From a phage: a stretch of 64,000 nt of DNA. Both the position numbers and the translations under genes were made by a program. Below the pieces are notes generated by a model that was not told where the DNA came from, searched no databases, and saw only the letters and a list, made by a program, of their open reading frames with translations. Shown here one piece after another: positions 54,871-64,000 of this stretch. Every line of letters starts with the position of its first letter. The first letter of the stretch is position 1. The DNA is taken from sequence record PZ386977.1; one strand, 5' to 3'.

Positions 54871-55167
54871 TTATTGTTCTACCCATGAACAAGAGACTTC
54901 AAAATCAGGACCACCGTATTCCCAGTGATATTCACCAACAGGAATCCAGTCACCGTGCTCGTTTTCTTCATAGTCCTCAGGCTCAAGGCCAACGAATCGC
55001 CATTGGACACCGATGATTCGATTACCCATTAATATACGAAATTCACCCCATGGATTATCGATAGCATACTGAATATCGTTCTTGGCACGAGAGCACATTT
55101 CTTGATATAATAAAGCTTCTAATTCACCCTGGTCATAAGGGCCAGGGAAAGTTAAATCAATACTCAT
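54871..55167 (-). CDS. hypothetical protein (98 aa)
   Basis: ATG ORF. Confidence 0.45.
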   Translation of the reverse strand: MSIDLTFPGPYDQGELEALLYQEMCSRAKNDIQYAIDNPWGEFRILMGNRIIGVQWRFVGLEPEDYEENEHGDWIPVGEYHWEYGGPDFEVSCSWVEQ

Positions 55168-55427
55168 TTAAAATATTCTCGCAGTTGGTCAAATCCACCA
55201 ATATGACTTCCATCAGGAGCAAATACCTGAGGCATAGTCAATCCAACTTGTGATTCACGTCCTAGTTTATTCAGAAGCTCGTCAATTTTTTCTTCATCAA
55301 ATACACCTTTCTCTGGCATCACGTTAATGAATTCGAACGGCTGTTTCTTAACAGTCAGCAATCGTTTCGCATTATCACAATAAATGCATTTATGAATAGT
55401 AGAGTCATACCCGTACACTTTAAACAT
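55164..55427 (-). CDS. nrdC: glutaredoxin/thioredoxin NrdC
   Basis: start trimmed to MFKVYGYDSTIHKCIYCDNAKRLL; CxxC motif; 87 aa as in T4 NrdC. Confidence 0.8.
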   Translation of the reverse strand: MFKVYGYDSTIHKCIYCDNAKRLLTVKKQPFEFINVMPEKGVFDEEKIDELLNKLGRESQVGLTMPQVFAPDGSHIGGFDQLREYFK

Positions 55428-55833
55428 TATTTTTCCTTTCATCAATTAAATATGCAATGCCAAATACAATACATGTAATAAAACCTGTGATACAGATAGA
55501 AACCAACAACACTGTACCAAAGAACCAAATCAAGTTATCTTTAGTAGTTTGTTTGATATCCATCTCACGAATTTCTATAGCTATCGTATCACCTTTATTC
55601 AGAAGCGTATAAAACGATGGCGATACACGCCTGTCAAAAACTCGTCCTTGCTCATCTTTATAGACTGCAATAAATTCTAAATTAGAATATTTTCCTGTAG
55701 ATTGGCCTGAGATTAATTCCACTACCTCCACAGGAATTACTTTAGTTTCCATGTAAGTATTCTGGCTGTTCCAAATGAATGGAATAACGGCAAAAACTAA
55801 AGCTGCGATAAAACAACGAAGGCTATATCTCAT
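55420..55833 (-). CDS. membrane protein (137 aa)
   Basis: N- and C-terminal predicted TM helices flanking a soluble domain. Confidence 0.5.
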   Translation of the reverse strand: MRYSLRCFIAALVFAVIPFIWNSQNTYMETKVIPVEVVELISGQSTGKYSNLEFIAVYKDEQGRVFDRRVSPSFYTLLNKGDTIAIEIREMDIKQTTKDNLIWFFGTVLLVSICITGFITCIVFGIAYLIDERKNNV

Positions 55834-56138
55834 TATAATGTTCTCTCAAATTTGTGGAAGCATTTACGACATTTCAATTTCAAGTTATCAGTGGTCCAGT
55901 TAACCAGTTGGACTTGGATAGTTCCACATTCCGGGCATGGATGTTTTGCTGCCGATTTGGCAGCATTTTCACGTCGTTCAACCATTTTCATTATTTCGTT
56001 CCATGCCGGAGGAACGAACTCTTCTTCACCGTGGATTTTATCTCGCTGAACAAATTCAATCTTTGAACTATCGTCAATAAACTTAACCAAGCCATGATTA
56101 GTGCTCATATCAATATCCTCTAAAAGACGTAGTTTCAT
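55833..56138 (-). CDS. zinc-ribbon protein (101 aa)
   Basis: C-terminal CPECG...CRKC. Confidence 0.5.
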   Translation of the reverse strand: MKLRLLEDIDMSTNHGLVKFIDDSSKIEFVQRDKIHGEEEFVPPAWNEIMKMVERRENAAKSAAKHPCPECGTIQVQLVNWTTDNLKLKCRKCFHKFERTL

Positions 56139-57088
56139 TATAACACCTCAATGGCATTTCGTAAACCGTCCGCTTTCGCATTCAGAGCTTTTAACGATTT
56201 AGTTTGTTCTTTAATCTGGGCTTCGACTTCTTTCAGACGAGATTTGAGGTACTCACGTTCTTCGCTCAAGTTGTCAACTTTTTCTACTTTAGGTTCTTTA
56301 ATAGTCTTAAGTTTATACTCGTTAGGGTTCTTCAACTTAATTCGGGTACGAGAACTATATAACATTGAACCGTTATCTTCGGATTCGTCGAACGTTTCAA
56401 CAACATCCATAGTCTCTAACAATGTAATAAGTTTATAAGACAACGAACGAATAGTTTTGTTGTGCTTATTAATTTCTTCGGCTTTCATGGTACCGAGATT
56501 ACGTGAGTAGTAATAAGGAACCTGGATATCAATTGATAATGATGCGTTACCATTACCAGTTGGTTTGAATACTGCAGTAACCCAATCTTTAACATGAACT
56601 TTATTTGTACGGCCATCACCGCCAGTGAATAATTTACGAGAATGTTTAAAAAGCATATTCACTTGTTTATTGAATTCACAAGCAAATTTATCAGCAAATT
56701 TAGTTTCAGGAATGGTAGATAACCAATCAGCCAAATGAGTCTTTTTAACATCATTAACAATAGTGAATTCAACCAAATCGGTTTTAGATGTCACAGATTT
56801 AATAAAGCTCGGCTTCATAAAGTTTTTAATGTTATCGCGAGCTACAGTAGAAGATAATAAACGAGAACGTTTGAACCATTGAAGCAGGGTCCCTAATGAA
56901 TGAGAATACGCATTCTGAGTATCTTTACAGATATGATTTTCTTGGCCTGTGTATGTACCAAAATCGCGAAGAATACCACTTACTACATCTCGGTGCGGAA
57001 CATCAAATCCTAGTGCACCAGAAGCGCGCTGAGCATGAACGTTAGCGATAAGACCGGCAAAGTATTCAATGTAATGTGAACGTGTCAT
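56138..57088 (-). CDS. hypothetical protein with C-terminal coiled coil (316 aa), tandem gene A
   Basis: ATG ORF with own early promoter; C-terminal heptad-like segment. Confidence 0.55.
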   Translation of the reverse strand: MTRSHYIEYFAGLIANVHAQRASGALGFDVPHRDVVSGILRDFGTYTGQENHICKDTQNAYSHSLGTLLQWFKRSRLLSSTVARDNIKNFMKPSFIKSVTSKTDLVEFTIVNDVKKTHLADWLSTIPETKFADKFACEFNKQVNMLFKHSRKLFTGGDGRTNKVHVKDWVTAVFKPTGNGNASLSIDIQVPYYYSRNLGTMKAEEINKHNKTIRSLSYKLITLLETMDVVETFDESEDNGSMLYSSRTRIKLKNPNEYKLKTIKEPKVEKVDNLSEEREYLKSRLKEVEAQIKEQTKSLKALNAKADGLRNAIEVL

Positions 57089-57116
57089 AATATTTTCCTC
57101 TCGTTAAGATAGATTC

Positions 57117-57146
57117 ATTATACTCCGACCATCCTTGGTTGTAAAC
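57117..57146 (-). promoter_or_regulatory. early promoter GTTTAC-18-TATAAT (CCAACCATCCTTGGTTG cassette)
   Basis: same cassette as 14394-14423. Confidence 0.6.
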
Positions 57147-57150
57147 TATT

Positions 57151-58110
57151 TTATGATTTTAATGCATTCATTGCGTTAAAAAGTTTAGAATACTGCAACT
57201 GGAGATTCGTTACAACACTTTGAGCATCACGAAGCTTAGCTTGTGCTTTGTCAAGTTCAACAGACAGTTGGTCCATAGTGACCTTGATTTGATTGTAATG
57301 GTAATCTTCGACCGGAAGAAGGTCATTAGAAACATTTAGTTTTACTGCAGACAGTTTGCACACATTTGGCGAACCTTTAAACATTGATTTACCCGAAGTA
57401 GAATAAGCACTTAGGACTTCGGCCTGTTCAATTGGGGTCCCAGTAAGCGATGCTTCAAACAATGCATTTTCCTTTTTAAGATTTTGATAGTATTCAGAGT
57501 CTTTGTGCCACCATGGCGCAGGAACCTTTTTACCAATAGATACACGAGCCTGGATAGCGATATGGCCCTTATTCTTGATAGGGTCGACAATATTAAGCTC
57601 ACGAGAATAAATTGCTTTAATCTGGTGGATATTATCACCTAAAACTTCCAACGCTTGGTGGAATACACGAGCAACGTTATCATTCTTAGGTTTATACGTA
57701 AGAGTGAACTCATTCTCACTGATAACCATGATTTCCAACTTATCGTAAGTATATTTCAAATGTTTCATGTTAATTGCTTGAGGACGAATACGAGAAGCAA
57801 TGGCCATCAGATTGTTAAGGTTATTCCGGAACTGCTTAGCGAAATATTGTCCTTCACCGCCAATACAAAAATTACGAAGTTTCTGTTTGGCTAGTAAACG
57901 GCTGAACTCACCATTTTTAATGAACTCTTTAACGGGTGTGTTAGTAACGCATTCAAATTGAGTAAACGTACGAGAATTAATCCCATAATACGAACAGATT
58001 TCCTCAATCTCTTCAGGAGTCTTTACAGGCATACGGATAGGATTAGGTTCTGGGGTATATGCGTTCGAGGTAAATTCTTTGATAAGTTCTCTACGTGTAA
58101 TAAAAGCCAT
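57151..58110 (-). CDS. hypothetical protein with C-terminal coiled coil (319 aa), tandem gene B
   Basis: ATG ORF with own early promoter. Confidence 0.55.
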   Translation of the reverse strand: MAFITRRELIKEFTSNAYTPEPNPIRMPVKTPEEIEEICSYYGINSRTFTQFECVTNTPVKEFIKNGEFSRLLAKQKLRNFCIGGEGQYFAKQFRNNLNNLMAIASRIRPQAINMKHLKYTYDKLEIMVISENEFTLTYKPKNDNVARVFHQALEVLGDNIHQIKAIYSRELNIVDPIKNKGHIAIQARVSIGKKVPAPWWHKDSEYYQNLKKENALFEASLTGTPIEQAEVLSAYSTSGKSMFKGSPNVCKLSAVKLNVSNDLLPVEDYHYNQIKVTMDQLSVELDKAQAKLRDAQSVVTNLQLQYSKLFNAMNALKS

Positions 58111-58136
58111 TTTATATTCCTCATGTTGAAAAATTT

Positions 58137-58166
58137 ATTATACTCCAACCATCCTTGGTTGTACAT
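58137..58166 (-). promoter_or_regulatory. early promoter (ATGTAC-18-TATAAT), same cassette family
   Basis: TTATACTCCAACCATCCTTGGTTGTACAT. Confidence 0.55.
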
Positions 58167-59161
58167 CATTCCTTAAGAAGTTTTACTACCTGAATAAGAT
58201 TAGCTCGTTCTGTTTTATTTTTACCGTTTAAGCCTGCTAATCGTGAGATTTCATCGTCAGTTTGTTGAATAGTTACATTAAGTTCATTAATCAAAGCTTC
58301 AAAGTATTTGATTTGCTCAGCATGTTTTGATTCAAATTTCTGAACCGGAATAACGTCTTGGTTTAGTTCGTCAATAAGGTCTTTAAGAGCATCTTCTTGG
58401 TTGATATCATATTCAACTTCTTTTATTTCTTCAACGAGCTCGTCTTTATATCTAACGTCTTTTAGTCCTGGTGCTGGTCCTGAAATCTCTTCTTTAAGAG
58501 TACAAACATACCCAATACGGTATCCAGTGCCGTCTCGCTTGATATCAACTTCGTCGATAAATCCACAATGTTTAAGTCCAGAGCCGATTATGTCAAAATA
58601 TCCTTGACGTCGTCCTTCAAACGTTACACGAACTACTAAGATAGTTTTGCCACCAACCTTTTGAAGCTCACATTTATAAAAGTTTGTTGAACCTGAATAA
58701 CGTGGATGAGTTTTAAAGTTCATCTGACGATCTAGGCCCATTTGTAAACGCGCTGTTACAGCCATAAAACGTGTTTGGTTCTCGTTAAGATGAGCAACGA
58801 TCCATTTCAAAGGCATTTTACACTGTTCACGACCGAACAAATCAGTACGTCCTAGATTACGCAGGATGTTGTTAGAGTTAATCATCGACAGAACGTTAAG
58901 TTTATTCAGCGCGCTGAAGATTCCATCAGCCATTGATTTTCCATAACCTTTACACGCTTTAATAAGTGCTCGTGGCAGATTAGTATAGATTTCAGACGGC
59001 ATATGAAAATCAAATTTACTAGTCAGTAATTGATGAACTTGGATAGCAATTTGCTCATAATTAAGTGCTCTGCGATCGTTATGGTCTTTAAACCACACTT
59101 TAATCTGTGAAGCACATAAACCGTTAATTTCATGTTTTACCGCATCAGATGTAATGCTCAT
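58166..59161 (-). CDS. hypothetical protein with C-terminal coiled coil (331 aa), tandem gene C
   Basis: ATG ORF; degenerate copy of the promoter cassette upstream (about 59195-59225). Confidence 0.55.
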   Translation of the reverse strand: MSITSDAVKHEINGLCASQIKVWFKDHNDRRALNYEQIAIQVHQLLTSKFDFHMPSEIYTNLPRALIKACKGYGKSMADGIFSALNKLNVLSMINSNNILRNLGRTDLFGREQCKMPLKWIVAHLNENQTRFMAVTARLQMGLDRQMNFKTHPRYSGSTNFYKCELQKVGGKTILVVRVTFEGRRQGYFDIIGSGLKHCGFIDEVDIKRDGTGYRIGYVCTLKEEISGPAPGLKDVRYKDELVEEIKEVEYDINQEDALKDLIDELNQDVIPVQKFESKHAEQIKYFEALINELNVTIQQTDDEISRLAGLNGKNKTERANLIQVVKLLKE

Positions 59162-59223
59162 AACTATTTCCTCAGATTGAATTGGAACTCAAAACCATTA
59201 TAACCCGTCCTTGGGTAAAGCGT

Positions 59224-59751
59224 TTATGCGTGAACCGTCTTTAAACGTTCTTCAAATTTCCGAAGAGTACTAATACGTTCTGCTTTCTGTTTTGTATAGT
59301 TTGCAATACGTTCTGAAGTGAGAGCGTATCGTTCGTTTACTGTTTCTTTCATGAAGTCAGGGATTTCACGAGAAGCTTTAATTTCATCAAACTTATCGAG
59401 TACTGCCTGGTCTTCAGCGATTAAATTTTCGTACATCTCGATATCTTTCTTGATAAACTCGATATCTTCCTGGGTTACTTTGGATAAACGAGATGCTTTA
59501 TCCTTTTTGTACTGCTCGTTAGTTTCACGAGACCAGAATAATGTACGTTTTTTGTTAGTGTTTTTGTAGACTTCCACAATTCCAACTGAATCGATGATAA
59601 CAATCCAATTCCAGTGAGATTTGAAAATCTGACCTCCGTCCACGGTAATCTCGTTACCATAAGCAACATCGTTAAAGAACTTGCTTTGTGCTTCAGATTT
59701 AAATTTACCGTCGTTATAATTTACCAGGTTGAAAATATCTTTAGCGTTCAT
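59224..59751 (-). CDS. hypothetical protein (175 aa)
   Basis: ATG ORF with GGAGG RBS inside promoter/stem-loop cassette. Confidence 0.5.
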   Translation of the reverse strand: MNAKDIFNLVNYNDGKFKSEAQSKFFNDVAYGNEITVDGGQIFKSHWNWIVIIDSVGIVEVYKNTNKKRTLFWSRETNEQYKKDKASRLSKVTQEDIEFIKKDIEMYENLIAEDQAVLDKFDEIKASREIPDFMKETVNERYALTSERIANYTKQKAERISTLRKFEERLKTVHA

Positions 59752-59778
59752 GTTTTACCTCCAGTAGTTGATAGGTCT

Positions 59779-59807
59779 ATAATAACATAACCATAGACCT
59801 TGTAAAC
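59779..59807 (-). promoter_or_regulatory. early promoter (GTTTAC-17-TATTAT) with AGGTCTAT/ATAGACCT inverted repeat
   Basis: PeSL-like cassette. Confidence 0.55.
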
Positions 59808-59809
59808 AA

Positions 59810-60097
59810 CTAAAAGAAACTTTTTTCGGTATTTTTTCCACTGAACCAAACAGACTTCGGGGTTTTTTGTAATTTTTCAGATTTAAGTTTCTCTTCCTGT
59901 TCTTTCTTATATACACTCTTGTCGTACTGGAGCATCTCTATGGCATTCTTTTGCAAATGATCTAAGGTAATTAAGGCTTTAGTTTTTCCTTTCAAGGAAG
60001 AGTCCTGGCGAACTTCCTCGCTATATTGCATCGTAGAACTAACCATACGATGTGCATACAGTTCGAATGCGGCTTTGATTTTTTGCATAAAATCCAT
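59810..60097 (-). CDS. hypothetical protein (95 aa)
   Basis: ATG ORF. Confidence 0.4.
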   Translation of the reverse strand: MDFMQKIKAAFELYAHRMVSSTMQYSEEVRQDSSLKGKTKALITLDHLQKNAIEMLQYDKSVYKKEQEEKLKSEKLQKTPKSVWFSGKNTEKSFF

Positions 60098-60235
60098 AAC
60101 ATATCCTCTTTGATTTGTACATCATTATTTTTAAATATTTCTATGCCCTCAGTAGGTTCCTGGTGTCCTTCTTTGAGGTAAGCCATATGATTATTCATCT
60201 TTATGGCTTTTGTTACCTCAGGACTTCCTGTAAGC

Positions 60236-61216
60236 TTATTTCAGTAAAGTTACTTCAGAGATTTCCTCCCAACCATCTTTATCAGTTGAAATAAAATCTG
60301 CTACATAAAGAGCCGTACGTAATGATACATTGCGAAGACGAGATACGTTAGCCTTCATCCAGGACAATGCTTTGTACGTTTCAGCATCAGTCAAGCCACG
60401 TTTCTGCATCATGTCAGTAGATAATATTACATCTTCAACTCGAACCATAATCTCTTCATTAGAGTGTACTCCAAGATCGAGATATACTGAACGAGATACT
60501 AAAGCTTGAAGGTGAGGAGCAAGTTTCGAACCACGTTCTAACTCTTTATCGATATCAACGTTTGTAATGAAAACGATAGTACCTTCAAACTCAAATTCTT
60601 TATCGATACCCTTATCATCAAGATAAGATGATGCAGTGCTCCAGCAAACTTTGCGTTTATCACCGGTATCTAATGCGGCTTTAAGAAGGTTCAGGATGTC
60701 CATATCCGAGAATACGTCAACGTCGTCGATTAAGAGAACGCTGTCTGCATCACGGTTGAGCCAAAGTTGTTCGTAAAGGCCAATACCAGAGATTTTACCA
60801 TTAATGCTTTTGTATTTGATGAAACCATTATCATTAGCACTATTAAGTGCTTTATCCAGAGAATACGTCTTACCAATACCGGCTGCACCTGAAATAATGA
60901 GTGAACGAATTTTGCCATCGATAATGCCATTCGTCATCATGTTCATTACTTTAAAGCGTTTGTTGATACGAGTTTTCATATCTTCAGTGCTTTCAACAAC
61001 TGCAACTGGTGTTGTCTCAACTCCTTCCATTACGATGTCTGATTTGAAGACCCATACTCCACGTTCAGAACCATCAATCATAACGAAAATTTTACCATCA
61101 CCTAAGTGGGAACATTCAGGATTAAGCTTTGCTGGGAACCAGGTCTTTGTGGCAACATAAGATCCAGAGATTTCGTTATTACGATAGATACCTTTTTTGA
61201 TTTGAACGTTGAACAT
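60236..61216 (-). CDS. P-loop ATPase (AAA-like) with N-terminal extra domain
   Basis: Walker A GAAGIGKT and Walker B VLLIDDVD; start trimmed to ATG after the promoter (MFNVQ) with GGAGAA RBS. Confidence 0.6.
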   Translation of the reverse strand: MFNVQIKKGIYRNNEISGSYVATKTWFPAKLNPECSHLGDGKIFVMIDGSERGVWVFKSDIVMEGVETTPVAVVESTEDMKTRINKRFKVMNMMTNGIIDGKIRSLIISGAAGIGKTYSLDKALNSANDNGFIKYKSINGKISGIGLYEQLWLNRDADSVLLIDDVDVFSDMDILNLLKAALDTGDKRKVCWSTASSYLDDKGIDKEFEFEGTIVFITNVDIDKELERGSKLAPHLQALVSRSVYLDLGVHSNEEIMVRVEDVILSTDMMQKRGLTDAETYKALSWMKANVSRLRNVSLRTALYVADFISTDKDGWEEISEVTLLK

Positions 61217-61254
61217 TTTATTCTCCAATTTACTCATTTCGTTTCGATAGGTCT

Positions 61255-61283
61255 ATAATAACATATCCTAAAAGCATGTACAC
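61255..61283 (-). promoter_or_regulatory. early promoter (GTGTAC-17-TATTAT)
   Basis: upstream of the ATPase gene. Confidence 0.45.
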
Positions 61284-61314
61284 TACTTTTTTTAAAATAT
61301 TTTAACCCCCTAAA

Positions 61315-61330
61315 GGGACCCGAAGGTCCC
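61315..61330 (-). terminator. hairpin, weak terminator candidate
   Basis: GGGACC-CGAA-GGTCCC perfect hairpin; only short T-run on minus strand. Confidence 0.35.
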
Positions 61331-61335
61331 CACAT

Positions 61336-61602
61336 TTACTTATCGCACTTAGCAACATAATTAGGCATATCACAGAATACAGAGTGAGTAACTACTCTGC
61401 CCTTTGACCATGCTTCAGTTGCTTGTCCAGCCGTGCTATTAATATAGCTTGATTTGATATTCTCAATACCCTGAGAATGTGAAGCATTTACCGAACCATT
61501 GGAAGGCCCAGAAGACTGGTTACCACCAGCTCCTGCACCCGTGGTAGCACCAACAGAGAACGCCATCATTACTGCGAATAAACCAATTACTAATTTTTTC
61601 AT
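61336..61602 (-). CDS. small secreted protein (88 aa) expressed from a late promoter
   Basis: signal peptide MKKLVIGLFAVMMAFSVGA; Gly/Ser-rich linker; conserved Cys pair; TATAAATA about 33 nt upstream. Confidence 0.5.
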   Translation of the reverse strand: MKKLVIGLFAVMMAFSVGATTGAGAGGNQSSGPSNGSVNASHSQGIENIKSSYINSTAGQATEAWSKGRVVTHSVFCDMPNYVAKCDK

Positions 61603-61633
61603 ATTTACCTCAAGTGAATGGTTATTTATCTAT

Positions 61634-62623
61634 TTATTTATAGTAAGAATTATGATTTTCGAGATAGACTTGCTCAAGGAAATCATCCCAGAAACTCATA
61701 TCTACTTTTTGTTGCATACCGTTCTTAGCGGCTTGTTCTGATGCTTGTTCAACTTGGTCAACGATATCTTCTAGGAATTCTTGTACAGTTTTAAACGTAT
61801 GTTTACCAAGCTTAACATCGAGAATAAATGGAGCATCCTGAAGCGGGTAAACCAGGTCGCCGGTTTTGTAAATTTCCAATAATTGAAGTCCACCACGACA
61901 TGCATGACTCAATGCTTTCCAGTCAATACCTTCGTTAGCTTCCGCCTTACGAGCACGTTCACCATAGTTCTCTTCCAGTTTAACCAGGATGGCATTGAAC
62001 TCTTTATTGGTTAACGTGTCTTGGAATTTACGGTCTAACAGATTATAGAATGTTTGCTTACCTGTTTTCTCGTTTTCGGTTTCAACCCATGAAGCAAATT
62101 CACCTACAGGCAGAACATTCTTCATATGTGATAAACGAATTACTGCACCATTATCAAAGTATTGTCCCCATTCATTAGAACGTTTAAGGGCTTGACGAAG
62201 AACAGCCAGTCGAGAACCCTTGACACCGTATTTAGAAGCTTGCTTACGGACATACCCTAAATAAGATTTCATGTTAGTGGTATAGAAACGAGACCTGTTA
62301 TCTTGAATATACTTCCATACATCAGGCAAATCAGATTTAACTACTAGACTTGGTGGAGTGTGAAGCATATCTAATGCAACAGTTTCACCATCCGCAGCTA
62401 GTTTAAAGAAATATTTGAGACTATACAACTCATGGTCCACGTCGTCTTTTGTGTTCTTAGAAGATGTGTTATTCGTGTTCTTGCTCATATGTTCTTTAAC
62501 GTTACCTGTCAAGATATCACGAGCATGAGGGACATAAATTTCTTTAAAATCAACGTCAGATTCAGGAGTAGATGTTCCATAAAGGTGGCTACCAAAGTAG
62601 CTTTTCATAATTGTTTTCATCAT
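61634..62623 (-). CDS. Pol-beta superfamily nucleotidyltransferase (329 aa)
   Basis: GS-x10-DxD motif (YFGSHLYGTSTPESDVDF) plus downstream acidic DVDHE; C-terminal helical region. Confidence 0.6.
   Translation of the reverse strand: MMKTIMKSYFGSHLYGTSTPESDVDFKEIYVPHARDILTGNVKEHMSKNTNNTSSKNTKDDVDHELYSLKYFFKLAADGETVALDMLHTPPSLVVKSDLPDVWKYIQDNRSRFYTTNMKSYLGYVRKQASKYGVKGSRLAVLRQALKRSNEWGQYFDNGAVIRLSHMKNVLPVGEFASWVETENEKTGKQTFYNLLDRKFQDTLTNKEFNAILVKLEENYGERARKAEANEGIDWKALSHACRGGLQLLEIYKTGDLVYPLQDAPFILDVKLGKHTFKTVQEFLEDIVDQVEQASEQAAKNGMQQKVDMSFWDDFLEQVYLENHNSYYK
61635..61642 (-). promoter_or_regulatory. late promoter TATAAATA
   Basis: exact octamer on minus strand upstream of ORF 61336..61602. 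Confidence 0.45.
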
Positions 62624-63093
62624 TTAGCCTTATATTCAAGAGTAGGACAGACTTTTTCTTTACGAGCTTTAAGGTATTCACTTATTAATGATTTCTTACG
62701 TTCAATAGGCTCAAGTCCATTTTTAATTCGTTCTTGGTTTTGCGCAATGAGCTCAATTTCTTTATAATATTTTCTGTCGTTATATTTGTCTAACAACCAA
62801 GACGGACCAATTACCAACCCGGTAGCAATAAAAGCCATGACTGCTACAATTAAAATGCCTACACCAATTGAGGCTGGAACTAATGTCCATAGACTGCTAA
62901 AAACAAAGAATTTAGTTAAAATTTCGTGGCCAAAGATTGTGACTGCTGCTAAAATCGCAAATCCAATAATTGAAACAGCCAATACCGGGATTAACGTTTT
63001 CCAAAAATAAGCACACAACGTTTTCGGACGATTCCATGTACTATTGAACGCGGCATAAATTTTAAAGTGCCAAGAGTTTTCATTGATAATCAT
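62620..63093 (-). CDS. membrane protein (157 aa)
   Basis: three predicted TM helices; translationally coupled to the nucleotidyltransferase gene. Confidence 0.5.
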   Translation of the reverse strand: MIINENSWHFKIYAAFNSTWNRPKTLCAYFWKTLIPVLAVSIIGFAILAAVTIFGHEILTKFFVFSSLWTLVPASIGVGILIVAVMAFIATGLVIGPSWLLDKYNDRKYYKEIELIAQNQERIKNGLEPIERKKSLISEYLKARKEKVCPTLEYKAK

Positions 63094-63102
63094 AATAATT
63101 CC

Positions 63103-63633
63103 TTATTTCAAAGTTGGGATAATAGAATCGAGATAAGCTTTAAGAGCAACTGCTTCATCTTTGTCTAATGTAACGATATGTTGACGAAGGTCATCAATTT
63201 GACGAATAACTACAACATCGCCATCTTCATAAGAAGGATTAACGCCTAGGACTGTTGTATAGTCAGGGCGGTCCTGATTTGTAATAAAAGCATTACGGCA
63301 TTTAGCCCATTGAAGTTTGGCCTTTTTGGCTATTTCAGATTCCATTAATTCTTTCACCTTAGTGACGAATGTTTTCCAATTATTGATAGAAAGGCATTCA
63401 TCTTCTGTTTCGATATTAACCCCACTATAAAGACCGTGATAAAAACGAACTTGAAGGTCTTCATCGATGTTAATTACAGATGCATGGCCTGGCGGATTGA
63501 GTTTCAAAATCTTGTCCAGTTCCATAGGAAGAATAGTAACAGAATCATCTTCTTGTGTCAGAACATACACATAACCACGTTTTTCGATACATAAATCACC
63601 AAACAACTCGGTTGTTTCAATTACAATTTTCAT
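63103..63633 (-). CDS. hypothetical protein (about 176 aa, start trimmed to ATG)
   Basis: ORF-track start is TTG; ATG (MKIVIETT) 4 codons downstream. Confidence 0.45.
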   Translation of the reverse strand: MKIVIETTELFGDLCIEKRGYVYVLTQEDDSVTILPMELDKILKLNPPGHASVINIDEDLQVRFYHGLYSGVNIETEDECLSINNWKTFVTKVKELMESEIAKKAKLQWAKCRNAFITNQDRPDYTTVLGVNPSYEDGDVVVIRQIDDLRQHIVTLDKDEAVALKAYLDSIIPTLK

Positions 63634-63634
63634 A

Positions 63635-63814
63635 TTATTCACCAATTAAAGTTTCAACAAAATTCACCAAATCATTCAGACAAGCATCAACCTGTTTTTC
63701 ATAAAAGTCTTCGTTATCATTTACTGCATGATAAGCTACATCATTCAAATCTGAATCGGCTTCACGTAAGTTACGGATAAGTTCCATCAATTTATTAGCT
63801 TGTTCACGGGTCAT
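63635..63814 (-). CDS. hypothetical small acidic protein (about 59 aa)
   Basis: ATG ORF MTREQANKLMELIRNLREADSDL...; below ORF-track cutoff. Confidence 0.35.
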   Translation of the reverse strand: MTREQANKLMELIRNLREADSDLNDVAYHAVNDNEDFYEKQVDACLNDLVNFVETLIGE

Positions 63815-63949
63815 TTTACCATACTCGTTTCAATAAGATTCACTATGCCGTTTACCATGTTATAAGTAAACATCGGATAATTGTATTGTACTACAACATA
63901 AGCGATAAGCAAAAGTTTCATTTTGTTCTCCATTCGTTTTGGTAGGACT

Positions 63950-63979
63950 ACTATAACATAATCCTACCAAGATGTAAAC
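63950..63979 (-). promoter_or_regulatory. early promoter (GTTTAC-18-TATAGT) with GGTAGGA/TCCTACC inverted repeat
   Basis: PeSL-like cassette at window end. Confidence 0.5.
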
Positions 63980-64000
63980 TACCGATTGTGTTTTAAATGT

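Noticed and set aside
12867-63979. Repeated 30-40 nt elements as a possible CRISPR array
   Set aside because: The repeats are dispersed over more than 50 kb with kilobase-scale irregular spacing, each sits upstream of a gene and contains promoter hexamers. There is no regular repeat-spacer periodicity.

Overview
This window is a T4-like (Tevenvirinae) phage early/middle region, almost entirely on the minus strand. Gene order runs motA (partial), 52, rIIB, rIIA, 39, dexA, dda, srd, modA, modB, soc, 56, 61, 41, 40, uvsX, 42, 43, regA, 62, 44, 45, rpbA, 46, 47, 55, nrdG, nrdD, 49, nrdC, then a hyperplastic accessory region. The 903-aa DNA polymerase and overall synteny look RB69-like; that is from memory, not a database search. 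The most interesting feature is a set of accessory genes where T4 carries its hmC glucosyltransferases: no alpha-gt between 47 and 55, the beta-gt slot holds a novel 299-aa ORF plus a P-loop kinase-like ORF, and a cassette between gene 42 and gene 43 encodes a KdsD-type arabinose-5-phosphate isomerase, a small HAD phosphatase, a fused sugar-1-P nucleotidyltransferase/kinase and a Cys-rich 386-aa protein. A GT4-type glycosyltransferase sits between rIIA and gene 39. Together these read as a complete donor-synthesis plus transfer system for a pentosyl (arabinosyl-type) hmC DNA modification; as far as I recall this matches arabinosyl-hmC reported for RB69-like phages, but the enzymology of the individual ORFs is inferred here. 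The window also carries at least 20 repeated early-promoter cassettes, many with inverted repeats that would sequester the downstream ribosome-binding site in read-through transcripts. Other points: a free-standing HNH endonuclease on the plus strand, several paralogous small-gene families, and an ATPase/nucleotidyltransferase pair near the 3' end. No tRNA, rRNA, CRISPR array or intron was seen. All homology calls are from reading the translations; coordinates I derived by hand (promoters, hairpins, trimmed starts, sub-60-aa ORFs) may be off by 1-2 nt.
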